DNA of 64,000 nt from an uncultured Verrucomicrobiae bacterium (GCA_963719495.1 CAVRCI010000002.1:32001-96000); one strand, 5' to 3'. Shown: positions 43,161 to 53,731, counted from the stretch's first letter. The notes: generated by a model not told the origin, from the sequence alone. Made by a program: numbers and translations.

Positions 43161-43939
43161 CGTCAAGCTCAGCCACCCTGAGCGGGTGATCGAGCCAACC
43201 CTGAGGTGAGCTGCCGGTAGCGGGACCGAGCAACCCCAGCCAGCGAAGCGGCTAGGGGTTGGCTGCAGCGCCTTGTTAGGCCCGAGGGCGATCTGCTGCC
43301 CAGAACAATCTTGATCTCCAATGAGCCAACCCCGGAACTGATCTGTGAAGCACATATTCTCATCGGCTGACGAAGATAGGAAACCTCAATTCTTACCAAA
43401 AAAAATTCGACCTGCGGTGCTTTCTCGTTTTGGAACCAATGAAGTTTTCGCCTGTCGGTGAATTGAGCTGCGAGCGGGTCGAAAGGGCAAGTCATCCGCC
43501 GGAGGCTATCTCGTGGGAGATGGGGTGGAATCGGAGGGATCAAACTACGCTAAATGGAGCCGATCTGGTCATGAATGGCTCTGCAGGCAAGAGCTGATGG
43601 GCGGTCTATCGAGCAAAGTGCAGCGTTGTCCGATTGCGAGGTCGTCATGGTCGCTGCTCTGAGCGGGCCATGATGACCGGTCGATCTACAAGGCATGAAT
43701 CTCCAACTTCCCAGAGTCAGGTGATCGAGCATCACCCGGACTTGCTCGAACAACAGGTGTATAGATTTGTGGGCGTCTTGGGCAGGTGATGCGAGCCGAT
43801 CTGGAGTGATCCGGGGGATGAGAGGGTGAAAGGGCTGTCCCTCCGGGTCAGCTCCCGATCGGCGGTCGAGACTCCTGAGAACTTCCGCCTCCCGATGTAT
43901 ATATATCTCATCCGCCGGAGGCTCACAGGTATGGCCGAA
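43161..43939 (-). other. Cassette without a credible ORF; carries two copies of the 16-bp leader motif
   Basis: Motif at 43492-43507 and 43908-43923. Confidence 0.55.
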
Positions 43940-44067
43940 CGTCAAGCTCAGCCACCCTGAGCGGGCAATCAAGCCAACCCTGAGGTGAGCTGCCAGTAGC
44001 GGGACCGAGCAACCCCAGTCAGCGAAGCGGCTAGGGGTTGGCTGCAGCGCCTTGTTAGCCCTGTATT

Positions 44068-44298
44068 TCAGGTATGCAGCAATTCTCGCGCATGGGGGAT
44101 CTCTTCGGACCGAGCCGACCGAATGTCTTCCGACGACACTGTCACGACTGAAGCTGTTCGTCCCGTCAGCGTCACGAACTCGACCTCGTATGCTTCACCA
44201 GATCCGTAAACGTGAACAACAGCCCCGATGTCCCCAATTTCAAGAGAATCAGTGGGAATGGGGCGGGTTAAAATTACCTGTTCGTGTTCTTGGATCAT
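44068..44298 (-). CDS. DUF4926 protein
   Basis: GDIGAVVHVY...AYEVEF. Confidence 0.85.
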   Translation of the reverse strand: MIQEHEQVILTRPIPTDSLEIGDIGAVVHVYGSGEAYEVEFVTLTGRTASVVTVSSEDIRSARSEEIPHARELLHT

Positions 44299-44304
44299 GA
44301 TGTT

Positions 44305-44637
44305 CTATAGCGGATATGCTGTGACGAGTCTTGGGAAATCTGCGGCCACGTCGACAATCCAAACTGCTCTGATTGTTGGTGATCGACCGTCCGGGCAATT
44401 GAGTGGACCGTCAACTTGGTATTTTGAGCCGTAGGGAGATTCCGAAACTCCTGTTACCGAGTTGCTCATCGCGTGCGCAATCAACGACCCCGCAAGAATG
44501 TGCCAGTCGTCGACTGTGAATCCGAACGAAGCGAAAAAGATCGCCTTCCCGCGGCCTTCGGGATGGGACGTGGCGAGGAGATACTCTGTGACCTTATCCT
44601 TCTGGATTTGAGCGTTGGGGATGTTTGGTAAAGTCAC
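44305..44637 (-). CDS. DUF6883-like protein
   Basis: KVTEYLL..SHPEGRGKAIFF...PRLVTAYP. Confidence 0.8.
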   Translation of the reverse strand: MTLPNIPNAQIQKDKVTEYLLATSHPEGRGKAIFFASFGFTVDDWHILAGSLIAHAMSNSVTGVSESPYGSKYQVDGPLNCPDGRSPTIRAVWIVDVAADFPRLVTAYPL

Positions 44638-44812
44638 TACTGGGTTTTACTATCTGACGGCGCCGAGGGCGATCTCTTTAATGGGCTAACGTCAAGCTCA
44701 GCCACACTGAGCGGACAATCGAGCCAACCCCATGGTGAGCTGCCAATAGGGGGACCGAACAACCCCAGCCAGCGAAGCGGCTAGGGGTTGGCTGCAGCGC
44801 CTTGGTAGCTCT

Positions 44813-45094
44813 TTATTTATTCAGGCGACGCATGATCCGCTCGGGATCGGATCGAAGATCGATGATCGCCTGCACGAATATGCGATTCCCTTCAATGGTA
44901 TAAAAGATTCCGAATGGAGATTTTGGAATGAGTAATCGACGAAATGGCTCAGAGTAAATTGGGCCCGACTTCGGAAAGCGGCCGATCTGGGCGATGCGAT
45001 CTTCGAATGCGATGTAAAAGGTGTCTCCGCGATCCGAGTAGATCTCCAAGAATTCGATTTCGGCACCGAGAAGAAGTTCAACTGCGAACCCCAT
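44813..45094 (-). CDS. RelE/ParE-family toxin
   Basis: FRRLLIPKSPFGIFY...DLRSDP. Confidence 0.8.
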   Translation of the reverse strand: MGFAVELLLGAEIEFLEIYSDRGDTFYIAFEDRIAQIGRFPKSGPIYSEPFRRLLIPKSPFGIFYTIEGNRIFVQAIIDLRSDPERIMRRLNK

Positions 45095-45304
45095 CTACTT
45101 CCCGATTCGGCGCTTGATCGTTTCCCATGGTGTTGAGGAATGTAGACCAGACTTGAAGGCCGAGTATCGTTCTTTGAGGATCTCGACAATGAGAGGATCT
45201 GGTTCAAGTGTCTCGGATATCGAGACTTGCGCCCACAGCTCGGTTGCCAGCTCAAACTTCTGGTCGTCCGTAAGCTGTTCGATTTCTGGTAGCTGCTCGA
45301 TCAT
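45095..45304 (-). CDS. Addiction-module antitoxin
   Basis: KFELATELW...PWETIKRRI. Confidence 0.8.
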   Translation of the reverse strand: MIEQLPEIEQLTDDQKFELATELWAQVSISETLEPDPLIVEILKERYSAFKSGLHSSTPWETIKRRIGK

Positions 45305-45360
45305 TTTCGTAAACTAGCCGGTAACTCGAAAGATGGCAATTCCCAGATTCATGGAGCTAA

Positions 45361-45758
45361 CGTCAAGCTCAGCCACCCTGAGTGGGGCAACGAACGTCTA
45401 GGCAAGATGTTTGCTGGAAGGGGGATCGGTCGGCCAAGGCTTGCCGGTGATCGGCTAGGGGTTGGCTGCAGCGCCCTGGTCGTCGTGACGGGTCGCAGCG
45501 GAAGTGGCAATCAATAGCGTCCGGCAGGAACACGATACGGAAGTCGGGAAGAGCGTGATTTGCTGTAGGAGGTCCGAGTCACTGAGGGCATGCACATATC
45601 TCCTCGTGATGGCGAAAGCGTGGCTGAAAAAGACAGACAAACGAGATTACCAGGAAAGCAGAGGGATGCGGAACGATGAGGAGATGATGAGAACGATACT
45701 CGGACGAATAAGATCTTAAGGTCCTAAACCGGGTGTTCAAATCAATATATTAGGCGAC
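45361..45758 (-). other. Family B cassette (chimeric attC)
   Basis: Near-identical to 5622-6019. Confidence 0.8.
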
Positions 45759-45883
45759 CGTCAAGCTCAGCCACCCTGAACGGATGACCGAGCCAACCCC
45801 CAGGTGAGCTGCCAGTGGCGGGAACGAGCAACCCCAGCCAGCGAAGCGGCTAGGGGTTGGCTGCAGCGCCTTGTTCGGCTGTA

Positions 45884-46159
45884 TTACCTATCAGCCTTAC
45901 TGACATCGATCACCATCACGGCCTTCACAGCTTCATCAACCCAGTAGGTCACTGCGAAATCACCGATGATCTTCACCTGCCGATCTCGCATGGTAGCGTC
46001 TCTATCTATAAAATCTCCCGGAGAGTCAGAGTGATCGGAGAGTCCTGCAATGAATCGCATAACGTTTCGGCGCTGGGTTCCAGACTTGGGAACCTGATCC
46101 AGAAGATCGACATGCACGAATACGTCATACTGTGACACGAGCTTACTACTGCTGATCAA
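45884..46159 (-). CDS. Putative RelE-like toxin
   Basis: Second gene of an overlapping pair; VTYWVDEAVK. Confidence 0.55.
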   Translation of the reverse strand: MISSSKLVSQYDVFVHVDLLDQVPKSGTQRRNVMRFIAGLSDHSDSPGDFIDRDATMRDRQVKIIGDFAVTYWVDEAVKAVMVIDVSKADR

Positions 46160-46343
46160 GCTGCTGCTCGAACTCGCTTGGAGTCAACCAATGGGAAGAA
46201 TCGGAATCCTTGATGCGACTAGACAGAACTGACTGATAATCAGTGTCATGCGAGTGCCTGAGGTGGAATAGGAAGGCCGTGACTTCTCTTTGTTCGCCGT
46301 CAGAGAGGGCAGTCAATCCTCGCTTGATGTCTTCAACACTCAT
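46146..46343 (-). CDS. Putative antitoxin
   Basis: Small first gene with its own putative promoter; MSVEDIKRGLTALS. Confidence 0.6.
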   Translation of the reverse strand: MSVEDIKRGLTALSDGEQREVTAFLFHLRHSHDTDYQSVLSSRIKDSDSSHWLTPSEFEQQLDQQ

Positions 46344-46565
46344 AACGAAAGAGTAATCCGAATATTTTGGGCGGCAAGCTACACTTCAGAGCCGAACGTC
46401 AAGCTCAGCCACCCTGAGCGGACAAACAAGCCAACCCTTAGGTGAGCTGCCAATAGCGGGAACGAGCAACCCCAGCCAGCGAAGCGGCTAGGGGTTGGCT
46501 GCAGCGCCTTGTTCGGCTGCATTGGAAGCTCTATTAATCTTCGCAACAATCCAGACGATAAATGT

Positions 46566-47828
46566 CAGGGCCGACGCATCAAAAAAGATCGCGATGGAGG
46601 AAGTTTGGGCTGGTCCTATATTTTCCCGTGCGTAGATGGAGGAGATGCCCGAAACGCATCCCATCCAAAAAAGCCTGATCGAAGAGTTCAAACGCATAGA
46701 AGATCCGCGAGTATCGCGCACTCGCTACCATGAGTTGAGCGACATTCTAGTGATCGCGATCTCGACGCTTTTGTGCGCGGGCACGTCTTTCTACGACATG
46801 GAAGAGTTCGGTCGGGCCAAGGAAAAATGGTTCCGAACGTTTCTGAAGTTGCCCAACGGCATCCCCAGCCACGACACGTTCAATCGCGTGTTTTCGCTGA
46901 TCAATCCGGCGAGTTTTCACGAGTGCTTCATGAGGTGGACGCAGAGCGTGCGCGAACACATCGACCGGGAAATCGTCGCCGTCGACGGCAAAGCCCTCCG
47001 CGCAGCCTGCCAGGACGGCGGGAATGTGCGCTTCATCGTCAATGCTTGGGCAACCAGCAATCGACTTGTCCTGGGGCAGCTCGAAGTGCCCGACAAAACC
47101 AACGAAATCACGGCGGTTCCCACGCTGCTGCGAGCGTTGGAACTGCGTGGCTGCATCGTGAGCACCGACGCGATGGGGTGCCAGAAAGAGATCGCCCGAG
47201 AAATCATCGAGGCCGACGCCGATTACGTTCTTGCTCTCAAAGGCAATCACCAAACCGTCCATGAGGAAGTCAAAAGCTTCCTCGATGCCGAATTTGATCG
47301 CGAGCTCCAGAGCCCTCCAGTGCCCAAACCATCCACGAAGAAACCACCAAGCGCTCCCACTTTCGCATTCCTGGAAACCGTCGACAAAGGCCACGGGCGC
47401 TTGGAAATCCGGCGCTATTTCCAAAGCGTCGCCATCGACTGGTTCGCAGACATCAGCCAATGGGAAGGGCTGCAGAGCGTCGGAATGGTCGAATCCAGCC
47501 GCGAAATCAAAGGTCAAATCAGCGTGGAAAGACGCTACTTCCTGAGCAGCCTGCCCCTCGACGTCGGACTTTTCGCTCAAGCCGTCCGTGGACATTGGGG
47601 CGTGGAAAACTCCTGCCACTGGGTCTTGGACGTCATCCTGCGCGAAGATGGTTCCCGCGCCCGAACCGCTCACGCCGCCGAGAATCTCGCCACCCTGCGC
47701 CGCCTCGCCCTAAACCTGCTCTCTCGCGAAAAGTCCAAAAAACGCAGCATCAAGACCAAACAACTCGTCGCAGCCTGGGATCACGACTTCCTCCTGCACC
47801 TCCTCAATTTTTAGATGCGTCGGCCCTG
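46566..47828 (+). mobile_element. ISAs1-family element
   Basis: CAGGGCCGACGCATC / GATGCGTCGGCCCTG ends; 10-bp TSD CGATAAATGT. Confidence 0.95.
46636..47814 (+). CDS. ISAs1 transposase
   Basis: GIPSHDTF, DGK, NEITA, DAMGCQ and RGHWGVEN motifs. Confidence 0.95.
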   Translation: MEEMPETHPIQKSLIEEFKRIEDPRVSRTRYHELSDILVIAISTLLCAGTSFYDMEEFGRAKEKWFRTFLKLPNGIPSHDTFNRVFSLINPASFHECFMRWTQSVREHIDREIVAVDGKALRAACQDGGNVRFIVNAWATSNRLVLGQLEVPDKTNEITAVPTLLRALELRGCIVSTDAMGCQKEIAREIIEADADYVLALKGNHQTVHEEVKSFLDAEFDRELQSPPVPKPSTKKPPSAPTFAFLETVDKGHGRLEIRRYFQSVAIDWFADISQWEGLQSVGMVESSREIKGQISVERRYFLSSLPLDVGLFAQAVRGHWGVENSCHWVLDVILREDGSRARTAHAAENLATLRRLALNLLSREKSKKRSIKTKQLVAAWDHDFLLHLLNF

Positions 47829-48216
47829 CGATAAATGTAGTGACGAGCGCTAGAAGCCCGAACCCGGAAATTGCTAGACCAAAAGAGGACGTGATGAGAA
47901 CTCCAGAAATATTCGTTGCCAGTTCCTTTGGATCCGCGACCCCTGAAGATCGCATGTGATCTCTGAACGAATACATGTTGTGAGCGAGACCTGCTGCGAA
48001 AATAGCGAATCCGCCGAGAAATGCCGTTGCAGATGAAGTGAAGGCCATAAAATACGGGTTTCTCATGATTAGAATGTTGTCGCCTGCTTAAGATTATACC
48101 GACTCGACGCGACCTCCATCGTATTGCGTGCCGGAGTCTGGATATGGAGTAAAAGAACTGGTTGGTTGCGTTACGAGTTGCTTAGGAATAGATCATCCAC
48201 CGGAGGTCGAGCCGAA

Positions 48217-48835
48217 CGTCAAGCTCAGCCACCCTGAGCGGGCGACCAAGCCAACCCCCAGGTGAGCTGCCAGTAGCGGGACCGAGCAACCCCAGCCAGC
48301 GAAGCGGCTAGGGGTTGGCTGCAGCGCCTTGTTCGACGCGCATCTGTTCAAACTACGGATATCGTGACTTCCTCAAGCCGACCCCTCCGTATCTCTACCG
48401 AAGGCACTTCCACAATGAACATAGAATCTCAGGAAAGGCTCCGCAATCGAGGTTAGTAAATTGCGCCTGGAAGATTGTATGGGGGTTGAAGCGCAATTGG
48501 AAACGAGGGGCGGGAATCAAGCTCACAAATATTCGCCTGGAAGATTGTTGGTAATGGGAAGCTGAATTGGAACGGAGGGAAGGGAATCAGGCTCACCAAT
48601 ATGCGCTTGGAAGGATTCTGGGGGCTTCTGGTGACTTCCAAGTGATTGTTCGAAATCACCAAAATATTATCCACGGTGGGCAACTCTGAGCGCCGCCTAG
48701 CCATCGCGTATACCTCCAGCGCTGGTCGAAAATAGAGGGACCGACGGTCTCAAGCTGGATCTGGTCTAGTCTGATTTCGTCCGGACAACTGTAATCAAAA
48801 AATAGTCATCCGCCGGAGGCTCACAATGAGTCGAA
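48217..48835 (-). other. Family E cassette
   Basis: 70-bp repeat units at 48469, 48539 and 48609. Confidence 0.7.
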
Positions 48836-48950
48836 CGTCAAGCTCAGCCACCCTGAGCGGGTGACCGAGCCAACCCTTAGGTGAGCTGCCAGTAGCGGGA
48901 CCGAGCAACCCCAGCCAGCGAAGCGGCTAGGGGTTGGCTGCAGCGCCTTG

Positions 48951-49283
48951 TTAGCCTGTATTTGATTGTTTTTCTAACTGGAGAATAATTCTTGCCATCG
49001 CTCTGTCTTCAAAAATAGAAAAAGTGTGGAAGACGGCGACCAGAAACAATACAGTCGAGAGTCGTGAAGAGTCACCCGTCGACAAGAGAATGATAGCAAG
49101 TGTGATCAAAAGAGTCGGACCAGTGAGTTGCCACCAAGAGTATTTCGGATCAATGCGTTTTAGCAGGCGTCTCTCGATCCAACTGCGCCCCTCAAATTTT
49201 ATCTGAGTGCAACTGGGGCTCGGTGGTCTCAGCTCGAATCTGGTCCGTGGCGGTTCCGGGACTGTCCATTTGAAAGTGTTCAT
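48951..49283 (-). CDS. Hypothetical membrane protein
   Basis: Stop coincides with R''; two hydrophobic segments. Confidence 0.6.
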   Translation of the reverse strand: MNTFKWTVPEPPRTRFELRPPSPSCTQIKFEGRSWIERRLLKRIDPKYSWWQLTGPTLLITLAIILLSTGDSSRLSTVLFLVAVFHTFSIFEDRAMARIILQLEKQSNTG

Positions 49284-49409
49284 TAGAGGCTTAAGTTAAA
49301 AATTTGGGCGCGTCGAAGAGTTGATCGACTGCTTTGTCCGAATGGGTCGATGTAATGTCGGAGGCGATTGAACGATGATATATATTCACTTCGAATTTAT
49401 TTAGGCTAA

Positions 49410-50042
49410 CGTCAAGCACTGTCACCCCGAACGGGTGTGCGAACTACGGGTTGTGATCAACTGGAGGAAAGTCGTGGACAAAAGTTGGCAGCGGCGCGGC
49501 TAGGGGTTGGCTGCTGCGCCTTGTTAGACTCGTATTCGTATTGAGATGCTGCCGCCTATGGTGAAAATGATGGAGTTGGTTTCACCAGTTGCATTTGAAT
49601 GGAGTCCGAAATGATACGGCAACAGGAAGTGATGTCAGCTTCAAGATTGAAACGAAGCAGTATGGCGCATGAGTGATTGGAAGCGACAGGGGTGTTTTCC
49701 GAATGTATGAATTCCGATCCGTTCGGTAGCTGGATGCATAGGACTTGAGTCGTTTCGTTTGGTTATCGTTGGGTCCGGCAGTCTATCCAAATATTCAATA
49801 AGTGGCTTCCTCGTGAAAGGCACCTTAATTCTCAACGCAAACTCCGTGAAAAGTGACAGGTTAGCGAAAATGCAGAGTTTCAGAGGCAGAAACACGATGT
49901 TCAAAAATTGTCAAAAAAAATCGGGTGCTGCGCACCAAATATGACTCGTCTTCGCCTCGTTTGGGGTCCGGGCTCATCATTGCGGGTGGCAAACAAGTTG
50001 GAGTTACTCGGAGTCATTCCGCCGGAGGCTCATGGAGTCTAA
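49410..50042 (-). other. Family D cassette
   Basis: 41-bp invariant block at 49921-49961. Confidence 0.75.
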
Positions 50043-50157
50043 CGTCAAGCTCAGCCACCCTGAGCGGGCAATCAAGCCAACCCTGAGGTGAGCTGCCAAT
50101 AGCGGGACCGAGCAACCCCAGCCAGCGAAGCGGCTAGGGGTTGGCTGCAGCGCCTTG

Positions 50158-50475
50158 TTAGGGCTGTATTTGTATGTAGCTGCCTCTAGTAGAATCCGAG
50201 ATCGCTGTCTTTAGGTCTTCAAGGCGCTCTTCAATTAGTTCGAGGAGTGTGAACGGGAGTTCGATAATCGATACGATGCGACCGGAAAGATTCTGTTGGT
50301 ATCGTAAACTCTTGTCTCCGGTCACCAGAATATCGATCTGACCATCAATCAGTCTTATGAGTGCGCCGTTCTTGACTCCGTCCCATCCCTTGTATCGAAC
50401 CGTGACCACATCGAATTCGGGCAGCAGCAACCGGAGATCAATCGGAAGATTCTCGTCAAGAATGACTGTTTTCAC
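50158..50475 (-). CDS. DUF5615/VapC45-like PIN toxin
   Basis: Paralogue of 6840-7157. Confidence 0.8.
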   Translation of the reverse strand: MKTVILDENLPIDLRLLLPEFDVVTVRYKGWDGVKNGALIRLIDGQIDILVTGDKSLRYQQNLSGRIVSIIELPFTLLELIEERLEDLKTAISDSTRGSYIQIQP

Positions 50476-50668
50476 GGACCAATTTCAGAAACTCAAGGGC
50501 GTCGTCCCTATCCACAGATGGGAACTGCCGAAGAAATGAATCGAGCGAATGCCCTGCATCAATGTAGTCCAGAAGTGATTGAGCCATCACGCGGGTGTCT
50601 CGGAAGACGACGGTTCCTCCAAGGATCTCTGGATCTGAGTGAACTGGACTGTGGTCGAGCGTTACCAT
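50456..50668 (-). CDS. DUF433 antitoxin
   Basis: DPEILGGTVVFRDTRV. Confidence 0.85.
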   Translation of the reverse strand: MVTLDHSPVHSDPEILGGTVVFRDTRVMAQSLLDYIDAGHSLDSFLRQFPSVDRDDALEFLKLVRENSHS

Positions 50669-50842
50669 TCCATAATCGTATTCAGAATCGACGTTTGTGC
50701 AAATTGTATTGAGTCCTAACGTGAAGCTCAGCCACCCTGAGCGGGCAACCAAAGCCAACCCCCAGGTGAGCTGCCAGTAGCGGGACCGAGCAACCCCAGC
50801 CAGCGAAGCGGCTAGGGGTTGGCTGCAGCGCCTTGTTCGGTC

Positions 50843-51151
50843 TCATTTACGCGCTCTCAGTTGCTGACGGATAAAACCCGGTCTGCGAACTGCACCGATC
50901 ACCAAGGCAACGATCAGAATGTCGTGATGGTATCGGTAGAATAGAAAATAAGGAAATGGCTTCACAAGGATCTTTCTAAATCCAGAATAGAACTCGCGGT
51001 ATGCTTCTCCTTCATTGCAGATGTGCGGGATATATGAATAGAAAGTATCAACGAATCGATCTCCAAGCCCTGGATATCCATGCACGTCATACCAGTCAGC
51101 AATTTCGGCAATGTCTTCTGGAACCTCAGGTAAGATTCGAAAATCCTTCAT
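50843..51151 (-). CDS. RelE/ParE-family toxin
   Basis: GLGDRF...FRKILVKPFPYFLFY. Confidence 0.85.
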   Translation of the reverse strand: MKDFRILPEVPEDIAEIADWYDVHGYPGLGDRFVDTFYSYIPHICNEGEAYREFYSGFRKILVKPFPYFLFYRYHHDILIVALVIGAVRRPGFIRQQLRARK

Positions 51152-51372
51152 CCACGAAGTTCTCTGACGCGGGCCTTGCACTCTTCAAGAGTGATCGCTG
51201 AATCGGGATCAGAAATGAAACTCTTCCATCTACCGTCCAAAATAGATCGTTCCTGTTCAGACGCTTCGACGGAATCAGCATTGTGGATGACATCGATCCA
51301 CAACTCGTTAACAAGCTGGAGCTTGTCCCGTGGCGATAAAGCCATAATTTGAGGGAATTCTGCAAGTGTCAT
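51148..51372 (-). CDS. Addiction-module antitoxin
   Basis: LSPRDKLQLVNELW. Confidence 0.85.
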   Translation of the reverse strand: MTLAEFPQIMALSPRDKLQLVNELWIDVIHNADSVEASEQERSILDGRWKSFISDPDSAITLEECKARVRELRG

Positions 51373-51548
51373 GAAAGAAATCTACCAAATCTGCCGTGGG
51401 ATGGAATGCAATTCTCAGGACCGAACGTCAAGCTCAGCCACCCTGAGCGGGCAATCAAGCCAACCCTGAGGTGAGCTGCCAATAGCGGGTCCGAGCAACC
51501 CCAGCCAGCGAAGCGGCTAGGGGTTGGCTGCAGCGCCTTGTTGGGTCC

Positions 51549-51809
51549 TCACCGGCTTTTCAGAATTGCGTCGTATTCTGAATGGTGACCGATCCAAATC
51601 CAAACAAGACCTTCAGATCTTTCCTTGGCAATCGCTCTGTAGGTTATTCCGACCCGGGCGCTCCAGAATAATTGGATCTTCTTCAGGTGAATTGACGGAT
51701 GCCGTGGGTTGTCACGGAGGAGAGCGAAGTTCTTATCGGCGAGTGTCCGTATATGAATCGGTAACTGTCGGTAGTGATACCAGAAGTCTGAGGTAGCGAA
51801 GTGCCTCAC
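51549..51809 (-). CDS. ParE/RelE-like toxin
   Basis: NPRHPSIHLKKI...WSARVG...WIWIGHHSEYD. Confidence 0.85.
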   Translation of the reverse strand: MRHFATSDFWYHYRQLPIHIRTLADKNFALLRDNPRHPSIHLKKIQLFWSARVGITYRAIAKERSEGLVWIWIGHHSEYDAILKSR

Positions 51810-52003
51810 AGCTCAGAGCACCGGCCCGCTTCAAAATCGTCATCGGCTTTTTGGGCAAGGTGCTCAAGTCGTCCTTGAGAAACGTCGCTTTCAAACTGTT
51901 TATCCCATTGATCTGCAATGAAATGCTCAAACCACTCCGAAAATTTCGCGAGTTCGGTTTTCGGTAGTTGCTCCACTGCGTTCTCTAGATCGACTGTAGT
52001 CAT
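51806..52003 (-). CDS. Putative antitoxin
   Basis: WDKQFESDVSQGRLE; 4-bp overlap with the toxin gene. Confidence 0.75.
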   Translation of the reverse strand: MTTVDLENAVEQLPKTELAKFSEWFEHFIADQWDKQFESDVSQGRLEHLAQKADDDFEAGRCSEL

Positions 52004-52157
52004 GAATTCTTCTAGCCTGAACGATCAAAACTGGCAACACGTTGATCCGCCGAGAACTAGACCCAACGTCAAGCTCAGCCACCCTGAGCGGGCGACCAGG
52101 CCAACCCCACGGTGAGCTGCAGGTAGCGGATCCGAGCAACCCCAGCCAGCGAAGCGG

Positions 52158-52508
52158 CTAGGGGTTGGCTGCAGCGCCTTGTTCGGCGTATCTTGGTGTA
52201 TTCCGCTTCGGGGACATAAAGCAATATAATATAGCACCTGGAAAATTCAGGAATACAATCAATCCGACCCAAAACAGTCTGTCGGTGCTCGTCAAACTCG
52301 GATTGCGCAGTGCATGGGCTAATGTAATCACCCAAAGACATATTGCGCTCAACACAATAAATGCCCCAGCGACTTGAAAATATCCGATCTGATAGGCTAA
52401 ATCATTAACATTCGTTGATTCGTGCGAGTTGAAGTAAAAAAGTATCAGCAAAACAAATCCGACATGAAGAAGGAGTAAGCCTGCAATTGTAGTTCCTATG
52501 ACTTTCAC
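52158..52508 (-). CDS. Membrane protein with a PLDc_N-like segment
   Basis: DRLFWVGLIVFLNFPGAILY. Confidence 0.7.
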   Translation of the reverse strand: MKVIGTTIAGLLLLHVGFVLLILFYFNSHESTNVNDLAYQIGYFQVAGAFIVLSAICLWVITLAHALRNPSLTSTDRLFWVGLIVFLNFPGAILYCFMSPKRNTPRYAEQGAAANP

Positions 52509-52557
52509 GAGATTGCGTTTCGAAGTTAATGCGTATTTCAGAAAATTCCTAGCCGAA

Positions 52558-53022
52558 CGTCAAGCTCAGCCACCCTGAGCGGAGCAACGAACGTTTAGGC
52601 GAGGTGTTTGCCGGAAGGGGATCGTTCGGCCAAGGCTTGCCGCTGGTCGGCTAGGGGTTGGCTGCAGCGCCTTGTTCGTCGGAAACGGTGACTGCACAAT
52701 GGAGGACCAGAGCGTCCGACAGGCTGACGATGATCAAATCCAGCAAGCGGCTTCGTTAGAGCATTCAGTCGAAGAGGCTTCTGTGGTCCAGATTGACTAC
52801 GCGTTATAAATATATTGCTCGTGACACGAAAAGGGCGGAACGGATTCTGGATTGATCTACTCTTGCCGCGTGAGCGCCCCAAGCCTGCATGGCAGGCGAA
52901 TAACCCTTGGGGTCGAATCGGGAGTGATCAATGGAAAGCCAGAATCGTGCTCAATCGTATGCCGAAGGGAATCGAGCAACTCTGAACTTTCCCTTGATCT
53001 CAACCCCAATAAATCAGGCGAA
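52558..53022 (-). other. Family A cassette
   Basis: Repeat copy. Confidence 0.8.
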
Positions 53023-53731
53023 CGTCAAGCTCAGCCACCCTGAGCGGGTAACCGAGCCAACCCCCAGGTGAGCTGCCGGTAGCGGGACCGAGCAACCCCA
53101 GCCAGCGGAGCGGCTAGGGGTTGGCTGCAGCGCCTTGTTAGACTCGTATTTGTATTCTGCTGCTTCCACACTTGGAGAATCACGGATTCTGGATCACCAA
53201 CGGCAGTCAAACGGAATCCGAAATGTTACGGCAACTTGAGTTGTGAGGTTATCGAGAAATGCTGCTTACGATATCCGCGAACAATCCGGGCAATCGACGA
53301 CTCCAAGTTGGATCTGATTGACCGAATTCGGATCGAAAGTGACTGGTATCGGACGTCAACGATTGAAAGACAAAGGCTGCATTTCTGATGTATGAGTTTG
53401 GATTCGTTTTTAATCGGTAGTTGCAATGGGAAAATGATAACGATCCGTTACGCTTTCGCTTGATCGAGTTGTCCATCCAAACATTCAATAAGTGGCTTTG
53501 CGGTGAAAGGAACGAATATCCTCAATACGTGCGCCGTAAAAATTGCAGTGCTGCGCAAATGCACGGTTTTTGGGTCAGACCATAGATGGTTGAAAATCGC
53601 CAAAAAAATCGGGTGCTGCGCACCAAATATGACTCGTCTTCGCCTCGTTGTGGCTTCGGAGTTGACGTTTCGGGCAACAATCGGACAGGAGCTAATCAGA
53701 TATTCCGCGGAGGCTAATGGAGTGAGTCTAA
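53023..53731 (-). other. Family D cassette
   Basis: 41-bp invariant block at 53609-53649. Confidence 0.75.

Larger units (their letters stand above)
46488..48066 (-). pseudogene. Small membrane protein gene interrupted by ISAs1
   Basis: ...LALVTTFI joins VWIVAKINRASNAAEQGAAANP across the TSD. Confidence 0.75.

Noticed and set aside
1661..47834. Long overlapping or antisense ORFs inside the IS elements (e.g. 1798-2631, 11732-12937, 46747-47673)
   Set aside because: Shadow frames of GC-rich transposase genes
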